DNA of 64,000 bases from a virus (Duplodnaviria; Caudoviricetes), in the IMG/VR virus record IMGVR_UViG_3300021074_000002, positions 2,083 through 66,082 of that record, one strand, 5' to 3'. Within the stretch, counting starts at the first letter, position 1, and every line of letters starts with the position of its first letter. The notes beneath the pieces were generated by a model. The model worked only from the letters and a program-made list of their open reading frames with translations, did not search any database and was not told where the DNA came from. Shown piece after piece: positions 1 through 11,900 of the stretch. A program made the translations under genes and the position numbers.

Positions 1-790
1 AGGTCCCTGTAGTTCCACTTGTTCCAGAAGTTCCTCGTGTTCCAGAAGTTCCTGAAGTTCCAGGGATACCTAATATATTAATTGTGAATATATCATTGAG
101 ATTTGGATCTGTTCCTCCTGATGCTATTTGAATTACATTATAATTCTCAAAGCCTGGGACTATTGGGGTTACAGCAGTAATTTGTAACATTTTAAATGTA
201 GCAGAATTATTAGCCTGAACTAATTTGATTATACTACCGATAGTCATTGAATCTAAATATGCAGCAAATGATACACTTGGACTATAAGAAAAGTTATCTA
301 TGGCAATGGATGTAGTTGATACTCCCCAACTAGGAGAATCAAGAGTGAAATAACCATTTCCTGGATCTACGTTAGTATCTGTATTATCAGAAAATCTCCA
401 CATTGCAAGATTACCTTCGTATCCTGATGTACCACTTGTTCCCGTAGTACCAGATGTTCCTGTTGTTCCACTAGTGCCTGTTGTACCAGAAGTGCCTGTT
501 GTTCCACTAGTACCTGATGTACCATCTATGCCAGAGGTTCCATCTATACCTGTTGTACCAGATGTTCCAGATGTTCCATTAGTACCTGATGAACCCATAC
601 CACTAGTTCCACTTGTACCATTTGTACCACTAAATCCACCATTTCTAACAACATCATTCAAATGTTGAAGGGCCTCTTCTATTGTATCATTGGTATTAAC
701 TCCTATATAGACTAGCCTTTCTCCTTCATAGAATACACAGGCAGAACTTAATGTTATAGGACATGGGATTGCATTACATCTTACATCCAT
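1..790 (-). CDS. Collagen-like (G-T-S) fibre protein, runs off the window edge
   Basis: Not in the ORF track. Manual translation from ATG at 790: MDVRCNAIPCPITLSSACVFYEGERLVYIGVNTNDTIREALQHL, then (GTS/GTT/GID)n, a globular domain, and (GTS)n again; open to position 2. Confidence 0.85.
   Translation of the reverse strand, partial: MDVRCNAIPCPITLSSACVFYEGERLVYIGVNTNDTIEEALQHLNDVVRNGGFSGTNGTSGTSGMGSSGTNGTSGTSGTTGIDGTSGIDGTSGTSGTTGTSGTTGTSGTTGTSGTTGTSGTSGYEGNLAMWRFSDNTDTNVDPGNGYFTLDSPSWGVSTTSIAIDNFSYSPSVSFAAYLDSMTIGSIIKLVQANNSATFKMLQITAVTPIVPGFENYNVIQIASGGTDPNLNDIFTINILGIPGTSGTSGTRGTSGTSGTTGT
429..640 (-). repeat. Gly-X-Y (GTS/GTT/GTN/GID) collagen-like coding repeat
   Basis: 9-nt periodicity; a second block lies at about 2-62. 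Confidence 0.85.
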
Positions 791-861
791 TGTAGTAGTA
801 TTAGAGATATGTAAAATTAATTATTTATACCTTAAGTTTTTATATTTTAGAAAGATAAATG

Positions 862-874
862 ACATAATATAGCT
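862..874 (-). promoter_or_regulatory. AGCTATATTATGT motif, candidate phage regulatory element
   Basis: Identical 13-mer at 51144-51156; both copies lie upstream of structural genes on the minus strand. Confidence 0.45.
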
Positions 875-3800
875 ATCTTATACCATAGTTTGCTTGAATC
901 TTAACTCCCATGTCTTTAGCTAACTCAGGATAGAACATTGGTAAATATCCTATCATTTGATTTGTAAATGGAAAAACCTTCATCCAGTATTTAATTACTT
1001 GATTACTTTTTTCAAGTTTTTCATTACCTGTAGAAATTGCCCAGTTTTCTATCATGAAATTTTTTGTTCCTTTTGTCATATTATCTAACAGTGATATAGA
1101 TGGAAATATACCTTTAGATACTAATCCTAAGAAGCTTGTAGGATCATAAAAATATGAAAGTTCATCTTTAAATTTATCAAAGGTCCTCACCATAAATCTA
1201 TATTGACTCTTTACTGCAGGATCTTCGTCATCTGGTGGTGCATAAGCTTTTAAAGCCATAACCATACCTATCATTATACTCATAAATATAACATCGATTA
1301 GTTGAGCCTTAATATTACTTCTTACAAGATCCATAAATTGAGTCTCAGTCATGTTGAGAGTTTTACCTGTATCTTTTTTATACTCAGCTTTTTTCTTTTC
1401 AAAAAGTTCTCTCATGTAATCTACACCTTTTTCATTTGCTATCAATGAATTTTTAAGATTACCAATTGATCCAAGAAAATCATCAGATAAGACTTTAAAT
1501 ACCATTCGCATTCTACCCCATTCATAAGCATCAGAAGCAGAATTATATTTCATATTTCCCATACGAACATCCACAAGACGAGGGATCCAGTTCTTAAAGA
1601 CCATAAAACTCTTACCATAGATCTGCATGTTAATAGTTCTAAGATCATCTTCACTAAGATTACCTAATGCATTCTTACTTATTTGTTGCACTTTTCTTCT
1701 AAGTTCAACAACAGATTGTGATTTTTGATCTACTCCAGGAATAGTAAATTTATCATCTACTACTGTAGCTAATTTGAGAACTCCTTGAGTATCAATAAGA
1801 TCATTTACATCTTTTTCAAATTCATCTTTGAGGGCAGATCGTTGTTCAGAAGTAACTTGATATTTATCTTTGTATTTATCAGTTGTTCTAAGATATTCTC
1901 TAACATTTAATACTTGACCATCTTGAACAATTGTATTCTTTAAATATGCATAAAAGTTTGATGTCTGAACATTCCAATCTGATTGTCTCATAAAATACAT
2001 AAGACCATCTTGAAGACTCTCTGCAGTTAATTTATTTAAACTCAACCTTTTAGCAACTTCTCTATTATAGTTTTCTGTTAATGGAAGAAAGTATTCAAGA
2101 GCTCCAAGCATTAGTTTATGATTAGTGCCATTAAACTTATTTATTACAATCATTCCTTCAGCAGCAATGTAGTCAGTCTTGGTAAAATATGTTCCAGCAT
2201 TAATCATAGAGTGGGAATTACCACCAAAAAGGTTTGACGATGCTGATAACAAATTAAGACCTAATGTACTTAATTGAAACGTATTGTTTAATTGTGAAAT
2301 AATTTTATTAACAGATACTTGCCTTCCTTCAAGATCCTCAGGGAATATCTTTAGGCCAAGTTTTTTATTAAAAGTAGTTCCCCAACTACCCATTTTAAAT
2401 AGTAATTGATCAAAAGTCTCACTTGTAATATATCTTTGACCATATATAATAGCCTTCATCATATCTTCAACAAGTTTAGAATTCTCATTATTATCAGGAG
2501 TAGTTTGAAGTTCTCCAGTAGTTTCATTATAATCAGTTTTGCCAAATATTGATGTAGCGATAGCTTTCTTAGTTTTTTCTACAGCAACAATTGCTTTAAT
2601 TTGTTCTTCAATTTGAGATAGATATTTATATCTAATAGCAGCTTCATTATAAAAAGCCATTGTTCTAAACAAATCAGTACTAAGTTCACCAGTTATATCG
2701 CTCGTAAAATATTTAGGAATAACATTCACAGTTTTACCAGTGAGAGGATCAATCTGACCATAACCTATATCACCTTCATCTATGGATATATCTCTAAAGA
2801 ACTGTTCTCCAAGTCTAACCTGTCCACCTGTAATAAGTTTCTCTGTTAGTCCTTTTCTTACGAATGGAAGAAATACTCTGGCTTCTAGTTTATTAATATA
2901 TCCCAGATCTTGATATTCATTATTTTTCCTAATGATGTAGTCATAGAAATCTTTTGCAGCTTCGTTACCTTTAATATTTAATTGTTTCCATTCATCAGAT
3001 ATCCAAATATCCTTTGGAAACTTTTTAATTTGATCGTTCAATAGCCATCCTGGAGAGTTATCATATGATATTGAATATAGTTCTTCTGCATTTGCGATCT
3101 CTTTTTTAATAGTAGATGCTTCATCTGCAGCAGTTCCAACTCTATGTCTTTTTTCTATTCTATCTATTTCTTCTGCTAGTTTAACTTTAAGATGTTCTCT
3201 ATAAGCTTCTACATCGATATTAGCTTTAATCCACGTACTATCCTTTTCTTGGATTTTCTTTCTGAGAGTCTTGTAAAATTCAGGTTTGTGTTCATCAATA
3301 AGTTCATTCTTATCTTTCTTTTTTATTAGATCAAAGAAAGTTTTCTTGTTAAGTCCTTTCTTAGCAGCTAATACTTCATAATTTTTCTTTAACTCTTCAA
3401 GTTCTTTACTTTCAGCTAGTGTATCTACTCCTGAATAGTAAAATGCTTTATTAGCTTTCTTATAGAGAAGTTCAATACTTTTTAATTGTAGAGTGGCAGT
3501 TGATGAGAATAATTTAGTGATACCTTTTATAATCTTTTCAGGAGATAATAAATTGTCAATACCTTCACTTTTAGCAATTATATCTGAAACATAATCGTTT
3601 AATACGTGTTCCATTTTCTTTTCAAGAAGTCTGGCAGCATACACTGTATCTTTTAGATCTTGTTGTAATGCTCTATTCTCTGGGGTATCTTCTTCAAACA
3701 ATGATGCAAGACCTGTGTCAAGATCAGTATATACTTGAATAGCTTCCTGTGCAGTTTGTAATTCACCAGCAAAGTCATTTATTTCTTTTTCTGTAAACTT

Positions 3801-5963
3801 TAAAGGATCTTTACCTTTAAAATCAGTATTGTACTTTTCAATAGTAGCTTTGATTTGCTTATTCAAGATCTTTGATTGATCTAACAATGGCTTTAAATCA
3901 CCTTTGATCTGTAGTTGTCTGATAGCAGTAAATAATGTATTTAACTGTTCAGCTTTAGTTTGTTTATCTGAAGGTAGCACTTTCTTTTCAGAGAATCGCC
4001 TATACATAGCATTCAACTTCTCAATCAGTATATCTACCTCTTTGATCCCTGTTTTCTCTGATTCAAGTCCTACAGGAAGTAAATAGTTCTGTGAAATCTT
4101 TTTAACATCAACATCACCAATTACTATATCAGTTAGTTTTGGAAGAATATTTAATTTGGCATTTGCTTCACTGTAGTTAGCTTGAATAGGAATCATTCGT
4201 GTCTGACCAAAATCCTCAGACTTAATACCATATGCATTCTGAAGGATAAGTTTATATTGTGTCATTTGATTATTCCAGGCAGTTACTTTATACCAAGGAA
4301 CATCTTCATATTTCTTACCCAGATTCATAAACTTCCAATCCAAAATATGTGTTTTCCCAGATTGTTCAACTGCTAAAAAGTCTATTGTTCCAGCAACTCC
4401 ACGAGTAGGATCATGTACAATAACCTCTGATTTAAATCTAGTACCATCTTTGAATGATTTTAAACGTGCTTCGAGATTGTCTCGTAATATCTCATATTTA
4501 TCTCTTTCGAAAGCTTCTTTAAAATTTTTGAATACAGCATCGTAATCACTATCATCCTCAATGGAGACTCTTAAATATCCATTAGTATCAACAAGTTTAT
4601 GAAATGCAAACTCTAGAGCAGCATGACCAGCTGTTCCTTTCTCAGCTTTAAGATCATCAATTGCTTTTTGGAAATCACTCTTAGTTAGATCTTTATCTTT
4701 GAAACGTCTTTCATACCAACCTTTAATTAGATCTGTTACTCTACGAGGAATTTTAATTTTTCCTATATAGTAACCATTATCGTCCTCATTAGGTTGATCT
4801 TCTTTTTTAATGATTGAATTTGAAACAGTATCCAGTTTATCAAAAATCATAGTTTGAGCATCCTTCTGAAGAAAGACTTTATCACTTTCTTCTCTAATGT
4901 CTTCAGCTGTACCTATGTCTTTACCAGATAGGATATCCATAGCAGCTTGATCAAACCCACTAGTTATAAACTTTTCTTTAAACCAATCGATTATAGCTCT
5001 CCACCATCCACCCACCTTACTTAATAGTTCAGGTCTTTCTGTTACTCCTTCAGATTTATTGATAATAATTTCTGCAAGAATTTTTGCTATGGCTTCTTCT
5101 TTAAGTTTATTTACATCAGGTTTACCATCTTTACCTCTATATAATGGATCTGTTCCATATACCTTATTTATATTATCGAGAAGTTTAAATCCATTAACCT
5201 CACTTAGTAATTTCTTATATAAAGCAGGATTAGTTTGTTTAATGATGGCTACAGCAAAGTGCATTGCTTCTTCAGGAAGAACACCAACTTCAGCTCCCTG
5301 TACTACTTGAATTAACTTCTGCATAATAAATGCAGCACCATTAGCATCTTGCTTTATACCATTTACACTAATCTGTTCCAGACTTTGAATATTTACACCA
5401 ATACGTTTCAAAAAATCTTTTACTGCAGAGACTGTTTTAGTAGAAGCTCTTGAGCTTGATGTAGTCCCAGACTTTGAGAATAGCACACCTTGTTGATCTA
5501 CTTCTTGAGGACGTATTTCTATAATCTTCCTATATGTATTATTAGTCTCCCTAATACTAATTATCTGAGGGAACCTATCAGCTAACTCTCTTATGATTTT
5601 AACATGAGGATTAAAAATTGTATCCCTTACCTCAGGTCTGATCAACAAAGGAGATACAGTAGGACCAGTAGTTATAAACAATGTATCATTGAAACTATGT
5701 ATTACTCCACTCAATAGACCCTTTATACCTTCTGCTGAGAGTTGAGGATTTTCTTCTAATGCCACTGAGACATTATTAACAATTCTTGATTTATCAACTG
5801 TTAACCAATCCTTAATTTCAGTAAGATTAGGATAGTAAAAATCATCAGTTAGTCCTTTGACATTTTTACTATATCCTCTTACAAACCTTTCAGCCAGAGA
5901 TTTGCCATATACATCAGCAATCTTTTTAAATCCAGGAGTATTTGTATTTATACAGCCCATCAT
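873..5963 (-). CDS. Large virion-delivered (ejection) protein with degenerate zincin-like motif and PD-(D/E)XK nuclease-like domain
   Basis: 1696 aa; LPEEAMHF; GTAGHAALE...SEVIVHD...AGTIDFLAVEQSGKTHILDWK...QMTQY; hydrophobic helix near the C-terminus; follows the RNAP gene as in crAss-like phages. Confidence 0.7.
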   Translation of the reverse strand: MMGCINTNTPGFKKIADVYGKSLAERFVRGYSKNVKGLTDDFYYPNLTEIKDWLTVDKSRIVNNVSVALEENPQLSAEGIKGLLSGVIHSFNDTLFITTGPTVSPLLIRPEVRDTIFNPHVKIIRELADRFPQIISIRETNNTYRKIIEIRPQEVDQQGVLFSKSGTTSSSRASTKTVSAVKDFLKRIGVNIQSLEQISVNGIKQDANGAAFIMQKLIQVVQGAEVGVLPEEAMHFAVAIIKQTNPALYKKLLSEVNGFKLLDNINKVYGTDPLYRGKDGKPDVNKLKEEAIAKILAEIIINKSEGVTERPELLSKVGGWWRAIIDWFKEKFITSGFDQAAMDILSGKDIGTAEDIREESDKVFLQKDAQTMIFDKLDTVSNSIIKKEDQPNEDDNGYYIGKIKIPRRVTDLIKGWYERRFKDKDLTKSDFQKAIDDLKAEKGTAGHAALEFAFHKLVDTNGYLRVSIEDDSDYDAVFKNFKEAFERDKYEILRDNLEARLKSFKDGTRFKSEVIVHDPTRGVAGTIDFLAVEQSGKTHILDWKFMNLGKKYEDVPWYKVTAWNNQMTQYKLILQNAYGIKSEDFGQTRMIPIQANYSEANAKLNILPKLTDIVIGDVDVKKISQNYLLPVGLESEKTGIKEVDILIEKLNAMYRRFSEKKVLPSDKQTKAEQLNTLFTAIRQLQIKGDLKPLLDQSKILNKQIKATIEKYNTDFKGKDPLKFTEKEINDFAGELQTAQEAIQVYTDLDTGLASLFEEDTPENRALQQDLKDTVYAARLLEKKMEHVLNDYVSDIIAKSEGIDNLLSPEKIIKGITKLFSSTATLQLKSIELLYKKANKAFYYSGVDTLAESKELEELKKNYEVLAAKKGLNKKTFFDLIKKKDKNELIDEHKPEFYKTLRKKIQEKDSTWIKANIDVEAYREHLKVKLAEEIDRIEKRHRVGTAADEASTIKKEIANAEELYSISYDNSPGWLLNDQIKKFPKDIWISDEWKQLNIKGNEAAKDFYDYIIRKNNEYQDLGYINKLEARVFLPFVRKGLTEKLITGGQVRLGEQFFRDISIDEGDIGYGQIDPLTGKTVNVIPKYFTSDITGELSTDLFRTMAFYNEAAIRYKYLSQIEEQIKAIVAVEKTKKAIATSIFGKTDYNETTGELQTTPDNNENSKLVEDMMKAIIYGQRYITSETFDQLLFKMGSWGTTFNKKLGLKIFPEDLEGRQVSVNKIISQLNNTFQLSTLGLNLLSASSNLFGGNSHSMINAGTYFTKTDYIAAEGMIVINKFNGTNHKLMLGALEYFLPLTENYNREVAKRLSLNKLTAESLQDGLMYFMRQSDWNVQTSNFYAYLKNTIVQDGQVLNVREYLRTTDKYKDKYQVTSEQRSALKDEFEKDVNDLIDTQGVLKLATVVDDKFTIPGVDQKSQSVVELRRKVQQISKNALGNLSEDDLRTINMQIYGKSFMVFKNWIPRLVDVRMGNMKYNSASDAYEWGRMRMVFKVLSDDFLGSIGNLKNSLIANEKGVDYMRELFEKKKAEYKKDTGKTLNMTETQFMDLVRSNIKAQLIDVIFMSIMIGMVMALKAYAPPDDEDPAVKSQYRFMVRTFDKFKDELSYFYDPTSFLGLVSKGIFPSISLLDNMTKGTKNFMIENWAISTGNEKLEKSNQVIKYWMKVFPFTNQMIGYLPMFYPELAKDMGVKIQANYGIR

Positions 5964-8900
5964 AGTTTACATTTTAAATCTTCGATAAATTCTGATTGAG
6001 TATAATCATGTATAGGAACACTTTCAAAATCTTGATTTAATTTTTCAAGGGTTCCTAATCCAAGAGCTTCTAATTTAGATAATTGCTCAGCAGTAAGACT
6101 GTTGTAGAATCCTTTTATTGTGTCTTGTCCTTGTAAAGATACAGATTTTTCTTGTCCAGGTATATAGAAATGTTCAGGGTTTTCTTTGTTAATAAACAAC
6201 GAGCCTGATGCCCTGGACATTCCTACATATAACAATGCATGTTTCTCAGTGGAGATCTGTTTACCGTTACTGTATAGTTTAGAACTATCATATCTTGGTA
6301 ATGTAGATGCATCAAAGAATACATTCTTTATAGTAGTACCTTGACTCTTGTGAATCGTTACAGCATAGCCATAATCAATACCTTTCTCTACAACCATCTC
6401 TGGGAAGTCTTTCTTGATTTCAGCATGTCCTGATGTTTTATCTTGCAAATTAAGAGATTCCATACTTCCTGTTTCAGGATTAAAAATATAATCACCTCCT
6501 AAATTAGTTTCCATAAAATATGCACCAACTGATTCAAGTTTATTATAGAATTGTGCCCAGGCAGCACCAGTCTTAGAACTTATTGCATATTTCTTTGCAG
6601 CAAGTAGATCTACCATCATTCTACTAATGGTTGCGTTATTCTCATCGAAATCTGCTTGTGTCAATTCTTGAAAAGTTAACGCATCACTATTACTAAGTTG
6701 TAAATATCTAGAAGTTGCTTTCTCAGATACATTTACACCAGCTTTCTTTAGCATTCCTAACTTCTTAGATTTAGCAACAATATTATACTGCGAACCATTT
6801 TTGGTTACACTAGTAATAATATATCTAATACTGTTAGCAATATTTTGATTCTCAATCTGTTTAGTGTTATATCCACCATATCCTACAATAGCAAGACCCT
6901 CTTTAGGATCACCCTCGAAACCTAAGGCTTTCTTAATCTTGTTATTAACAGCTTTAACTGAAGCATTCGTATAAGAGATTAACATTGTATCCTCTGGTTC
7001 TTCTTGTATTTTCTTAGCTAAAGCCCTATTAAATTCCATCTCATTAAGATATTGGATATCATCACTGCCTTCTACTACAGGAATTTTACCATTAGGGTTC
7101 TCTCTAATATATCCCAGGGCTTTTAACATTGTATCGTTTGAAGTTCTTTTTACCTCTGTTAACGTTACTTGTTTATTATCAGTGAATGCTTTTGATACAA
7201 GTTTCTTCTCTGGATTTGAAATATTTACTTCAGGAATCTGCATAATATCTCCCATGAAGATAATCTTCAAATCCATACTTTCTGCTACTTTCTTAATTCT
7301 ATCATAATCTTTACCTGATAACATAGATGACTCATCAATCACTATTACGTTATTACTCAAACCTAATCTATCTTTGAATTTTTTAGTAGCAATCGTTGTG
7401 TAACTCTGCTTGATAGGATCATATTTCTCAGTAATAGAAGATTGTACAGTGAAAGGTAAGCTTCTACTACCAGTTTTGATAGTAGCAAAACCTAATTCTG
7501 CTACAGCAGCGTGAGTAGGAGCTAAATAAACAAAGTTATACCTACCTCCTAAATAATTCTGAAGATAACCAATCACTGAAGTCTTGCCTGTTCCAGCAGC
7601 TCCTTGTAATGTAATTACTCTCTCATCTTGTGTAGTAGCAAAGTCTGACAACGCTTCCATGGCCTTTTCCTGGCTACCAGTTAACGTGAATTGTGTCTTG
7701 ATAGTCTTGCCTTTATATGAGAATGTTCCTTGATGATTTGTCTCAGGATTGTCTTTCTCTGCCCTATCATCAATAGATTCTTCCTCGTCTGATTTATACT
7801 CTGATCGATTATATAAATCTTTCATATCTTGTCCAAGATCTGGTAGTTGCTGGAAAGGTTTATTATTCTGAGGATCGATGTTAGGATCTTTATTGAAAGC
7901 ATCCATCAATTTCTGCTTGTCAACATTCTTACCCTTATATCCTTCGACATCAATAGCTTTCCCATCTAAAGTGTGAATAAAGTATTCTCTACCATAGTAT
8001 CTATATACAGCATCACCAGCTATACCAGTCTCAACTGGCTCTGAAGGAATTTCTTCTTTCTTTTGAATAGGAACTTCATCTCTTACTTCATATTCCTTAG
8101 GAAGAATTATATTATCTGCAATACCTTCATATTCGTTAAGTTCTTTAAATAAATTTTTTATTTCAGATATACTATATCCAGCAAGAGAACTTCCTAGTTT
8201 TGTAACCAACAACTTTTTATCAGGATGTTTATAAGCAAATTGATTCATTTCTTCTAATTCAGCTAATATTTCCTGAAGAGTGGATGATTTTTCAACATCC
8301 CAATGTTTCTTAGTAACTACTGCATAAGACTGCCCTTGCAAACCTCTAGCCTGTCCCTGTATAGCTCCAAACTTTTGTTTAGCTAATAAAGCAGCTCCTT
8401 TACCATGAGTTTGTGGTCCTCCTTTCGAAGTACCTTCATTACTACCAAATACAAACACTTCATTAGATTTCAATGATGTGATGTTCTCTGGAGTATATTC
8501 TCTTTGACCAGACTGTTGTGGAGTAGGAGTAGCTACAGGTTCAGGTTTAGCAACAGATGTTGTATTATTGATTATAGCATTCTTAAATGCTACATAGACA
8601 TCATTGTTAAACTTGGTTTTTAATTGATTATTATAAACGTCCCAAGCATCTACTATTTCTGCCTTTTTAGCATAGAGATGGATCTTTTTGTACTCTACTG
8701 CAAAAGAAACATAGGTATCTTTTTGCAATGCATCATATCGTTCTTTAAATGATGCTATGATAGGAAGTTTAACACTATCATCCAGAAAATCTATAGGAAG
8801 TAACGCATTTGCTTTTTTACTTTCTTTAGCCCAATCTAATAACTTATTCAACTTATCTTGAACTTCTTTATTATCTTCATACGTTTCAGAGATCTTACGT

Positions 8901-11900
8901 TCAATATCCAATTCGTATGTAAGTTTGCTATTAACATTAGCAATTACAGCTTTATCAATAGCGTCACCAGTTTGACCTACTTTAGCTGTACCATTGTCAA
9001 TGACAGATGCTCTATCATCAGGATAGAATTCTGTTGTAAGATTACCATCACCTAGAAGATTAACCTGCTTGTAGATAAAAGAGCCTTCAGCATCAACAAC
9101 AGGATTTCCTTGGAGATCTCTAAGCTTCTGATAGCCATAGTATTCTTTGATTGAAAGATCACCTTTGGCCTTCATCTGTCCAAACTCATATCCAGTGATA
9201 GTCCAATTATCTAAGAAGTCAATATAATTGTCATCTGAAATAGCTATCTTCCTTGGGATCTTGATAAAGTCATGCTTACTCTCTAGGAAGTTGTATTTTG
9301 GATTAATCAATATGATACGTCTATCACGACTGAGTTTGTGATTTTCTTCTTTACGTTGTTGTTTTTCTGCTTCACTAATTCCTTTTGGTATCTTTGGTAT
9401 TTTAGGAAGATTGTATGTGAAATAATTAGTTAAAAGATTACCATAATCATCCTCATCACTATGTTCTTCGAAATATTTTGGAACGAATATTGGAACAATA
9501 TCATCATCTTTCCAATTAGCTCTCTGGAATACACCATTTGCAAATGCTTCCAATTCATCAGAAATATTTAATCTATCAATGATAGGTTTGACCTTTGCTG
9601 CATAATCTTCCAAAGGAATGATGTTTTTGAAACTCATAGATGTTTGATATGTTCCTTGAAGAAGAGCATAATCAACTAAGTTGTTATATAACACAGGATC
9701 TATATCTCTCAACTCTCTCATGAAGTCAGTGTACATATCCTCATCATATGCTTCCTTGAGATTGACTTTTAATTGTACACCTTTAGCTCCATCAGCTCTT
9801 TCAGATGTTCTAGTTTCAAAATCTTGTAATATCTGAACATCAGGATATTTTAATTTAGCAGCTTCAATTTGATTAGCTATAGAGTTTGGTCCCACTGTAA
9901 GTTCGTAAATTTTATCACGCAAATTAAGAGTGGGGTCCATTTGTATAATATAATCCAGGAATGAAGCTTTAACCTTGCTGGCTATTTTATCAAAACTATC
10001 AGCACTTATGTACTTCATATGTTCATAAGTCCTCATTACTTTCTTAGTAATCTCTTTGAAGCGATTTTCTTCTAGTTTAAGTATAGCTCCCATACTTGAC
10101 ATAGCATAGTCTAACAATTCTTTTTGTTTACCTATGTGACTATATTTCATCATATTCTCTACATCTGAGAATATGTTTATCTCCTTTGCTATTTCTGTCT
10201 TTGTCTTCTTCCTTGAGAATGAATCAGAGTTAGTAAACCTCGTAGTGTCATAGTTTGTGGCTTGAGTCATTTCAAAACTGAACTCAGCCATTTTAGCATA
10301 CTTCAAGAATTCAGTAAGGATCACACGCTGTTCAGCATTTTCTATATCATTAGCTACAAAACCTTTAGCAGCAAACTTTTCAATATTACTCTGAAGACTA
10401 TTTATAGCAACAGTTGCATTCTCTAATGCTTTCTTACTAGTTGGATAGTTAAGTTTAAGAAAATCATCCTGTACACTACTATTAAATAAAAATCTAGATC
10501 CTTTACTATCAAGATGTGCCAGATAGTTGAGAATTACTGGCTGATTCATAAATAATACAGTATTCTTACCACAACCAATTCTCTCTAAGAACATAAATGT
10601 ACCAAGTGCAAGATCAGAACTAATAATCTTCATGATGTATGGATCTTTAGCTACATCAACAAATGCTGTAGCATATCCAGAGAGTCTATCAGAAATGTAT
10701 TGATCTCTTCCATCTTGTGTCTTTGTTCCAGACATAGATATATAACCATTAATTGTATTGTGAGGAAGCAACACCTTTCCATCACCTAATACAACTCTAT
10801 CTGATTCATCTAAAGCTTTGAATCTTTCTGGATCAATAAATGCTCTAAACTTCTGTGTAAGACTTTGACCAGTAATATTTACAGCAGCAATACCAATCCA
10901 CTTCTTAGCCATAACAAATGAGTTCCTTAAAGAAGTCATATAGTTTCTGTTAAGCAGTCTATTCTTGATTCCAGACTCAGATTGATTTCTCCATGTATCT
11001 AAATCAGCTGCATCCTGTTTTAAACCAGCATCATCAACAGGAGCCATAAGTCTATCAAAGTTTTCAGGAAGAGTTATTAATTTCTCCAGAGAATCATAAT
11101 ATCCATTCTCTAAAGATTTTCTATACATACTTTCAACAAACTCTTCTCGTAGTGCTGCATCAAGTAGTTCTTCTGTTAACTCTTTCCTTTTTCCTAATAA
11201 TCGATTAATCTGTGCAGTGATATATTCAGATGGTTTAAGATCTTGCTCATTAGCTTGATTGATGATTTCATTGATCATCCTTTCATGATTTTCATAAAAA
11301 TCATAATCTTCATCTTCCAGAAGATCTATATTGTCTTCAATGTTAATAGTTTCAGATGATTCAAGCAATTTAAAGATATCCAACAATGTACCTCTAAACT
11401 CATCATATTTCATTATCTTTTTGATATCAAATAGAATAGTACGAGAAAATACATCACTAAAGAATTTCTTAGTTTCTTCTTCAGATCCTTGATATTCAAC
11501 AAGTTTTACATCTCCCCTCTCATCAACATAGACTGATTTGAGATAGGTGTTCATTTTGTCAATATCGAAGTCAGATCCAGCCTTTGCTACAATTTCTGAA
11601 GGAACTACAATAGTATCTCCCATAGATTTATCTAAGAACCCTTTAACCCTAAACACTTCAATAGATGACATGGATTGTGTAGGAATACGAAATCCTATAC
11701 CTGTTAAAATCTTCTGTCCTTCTGGTGTATTCAGATAATTAAGAATAGATTCATCTGTAGGAAATCTCTTTTTGTTAAAACTATCTTTAAACCAGTGAGG
11801 TAACAAGACTTCGCAATAACGATCTTCTCTGGTATAAAATTTAAGAGTATCACTAGTAAGTCTTACATTCTTTTTATCTGCAGCAGACATTGCTTCGTAT

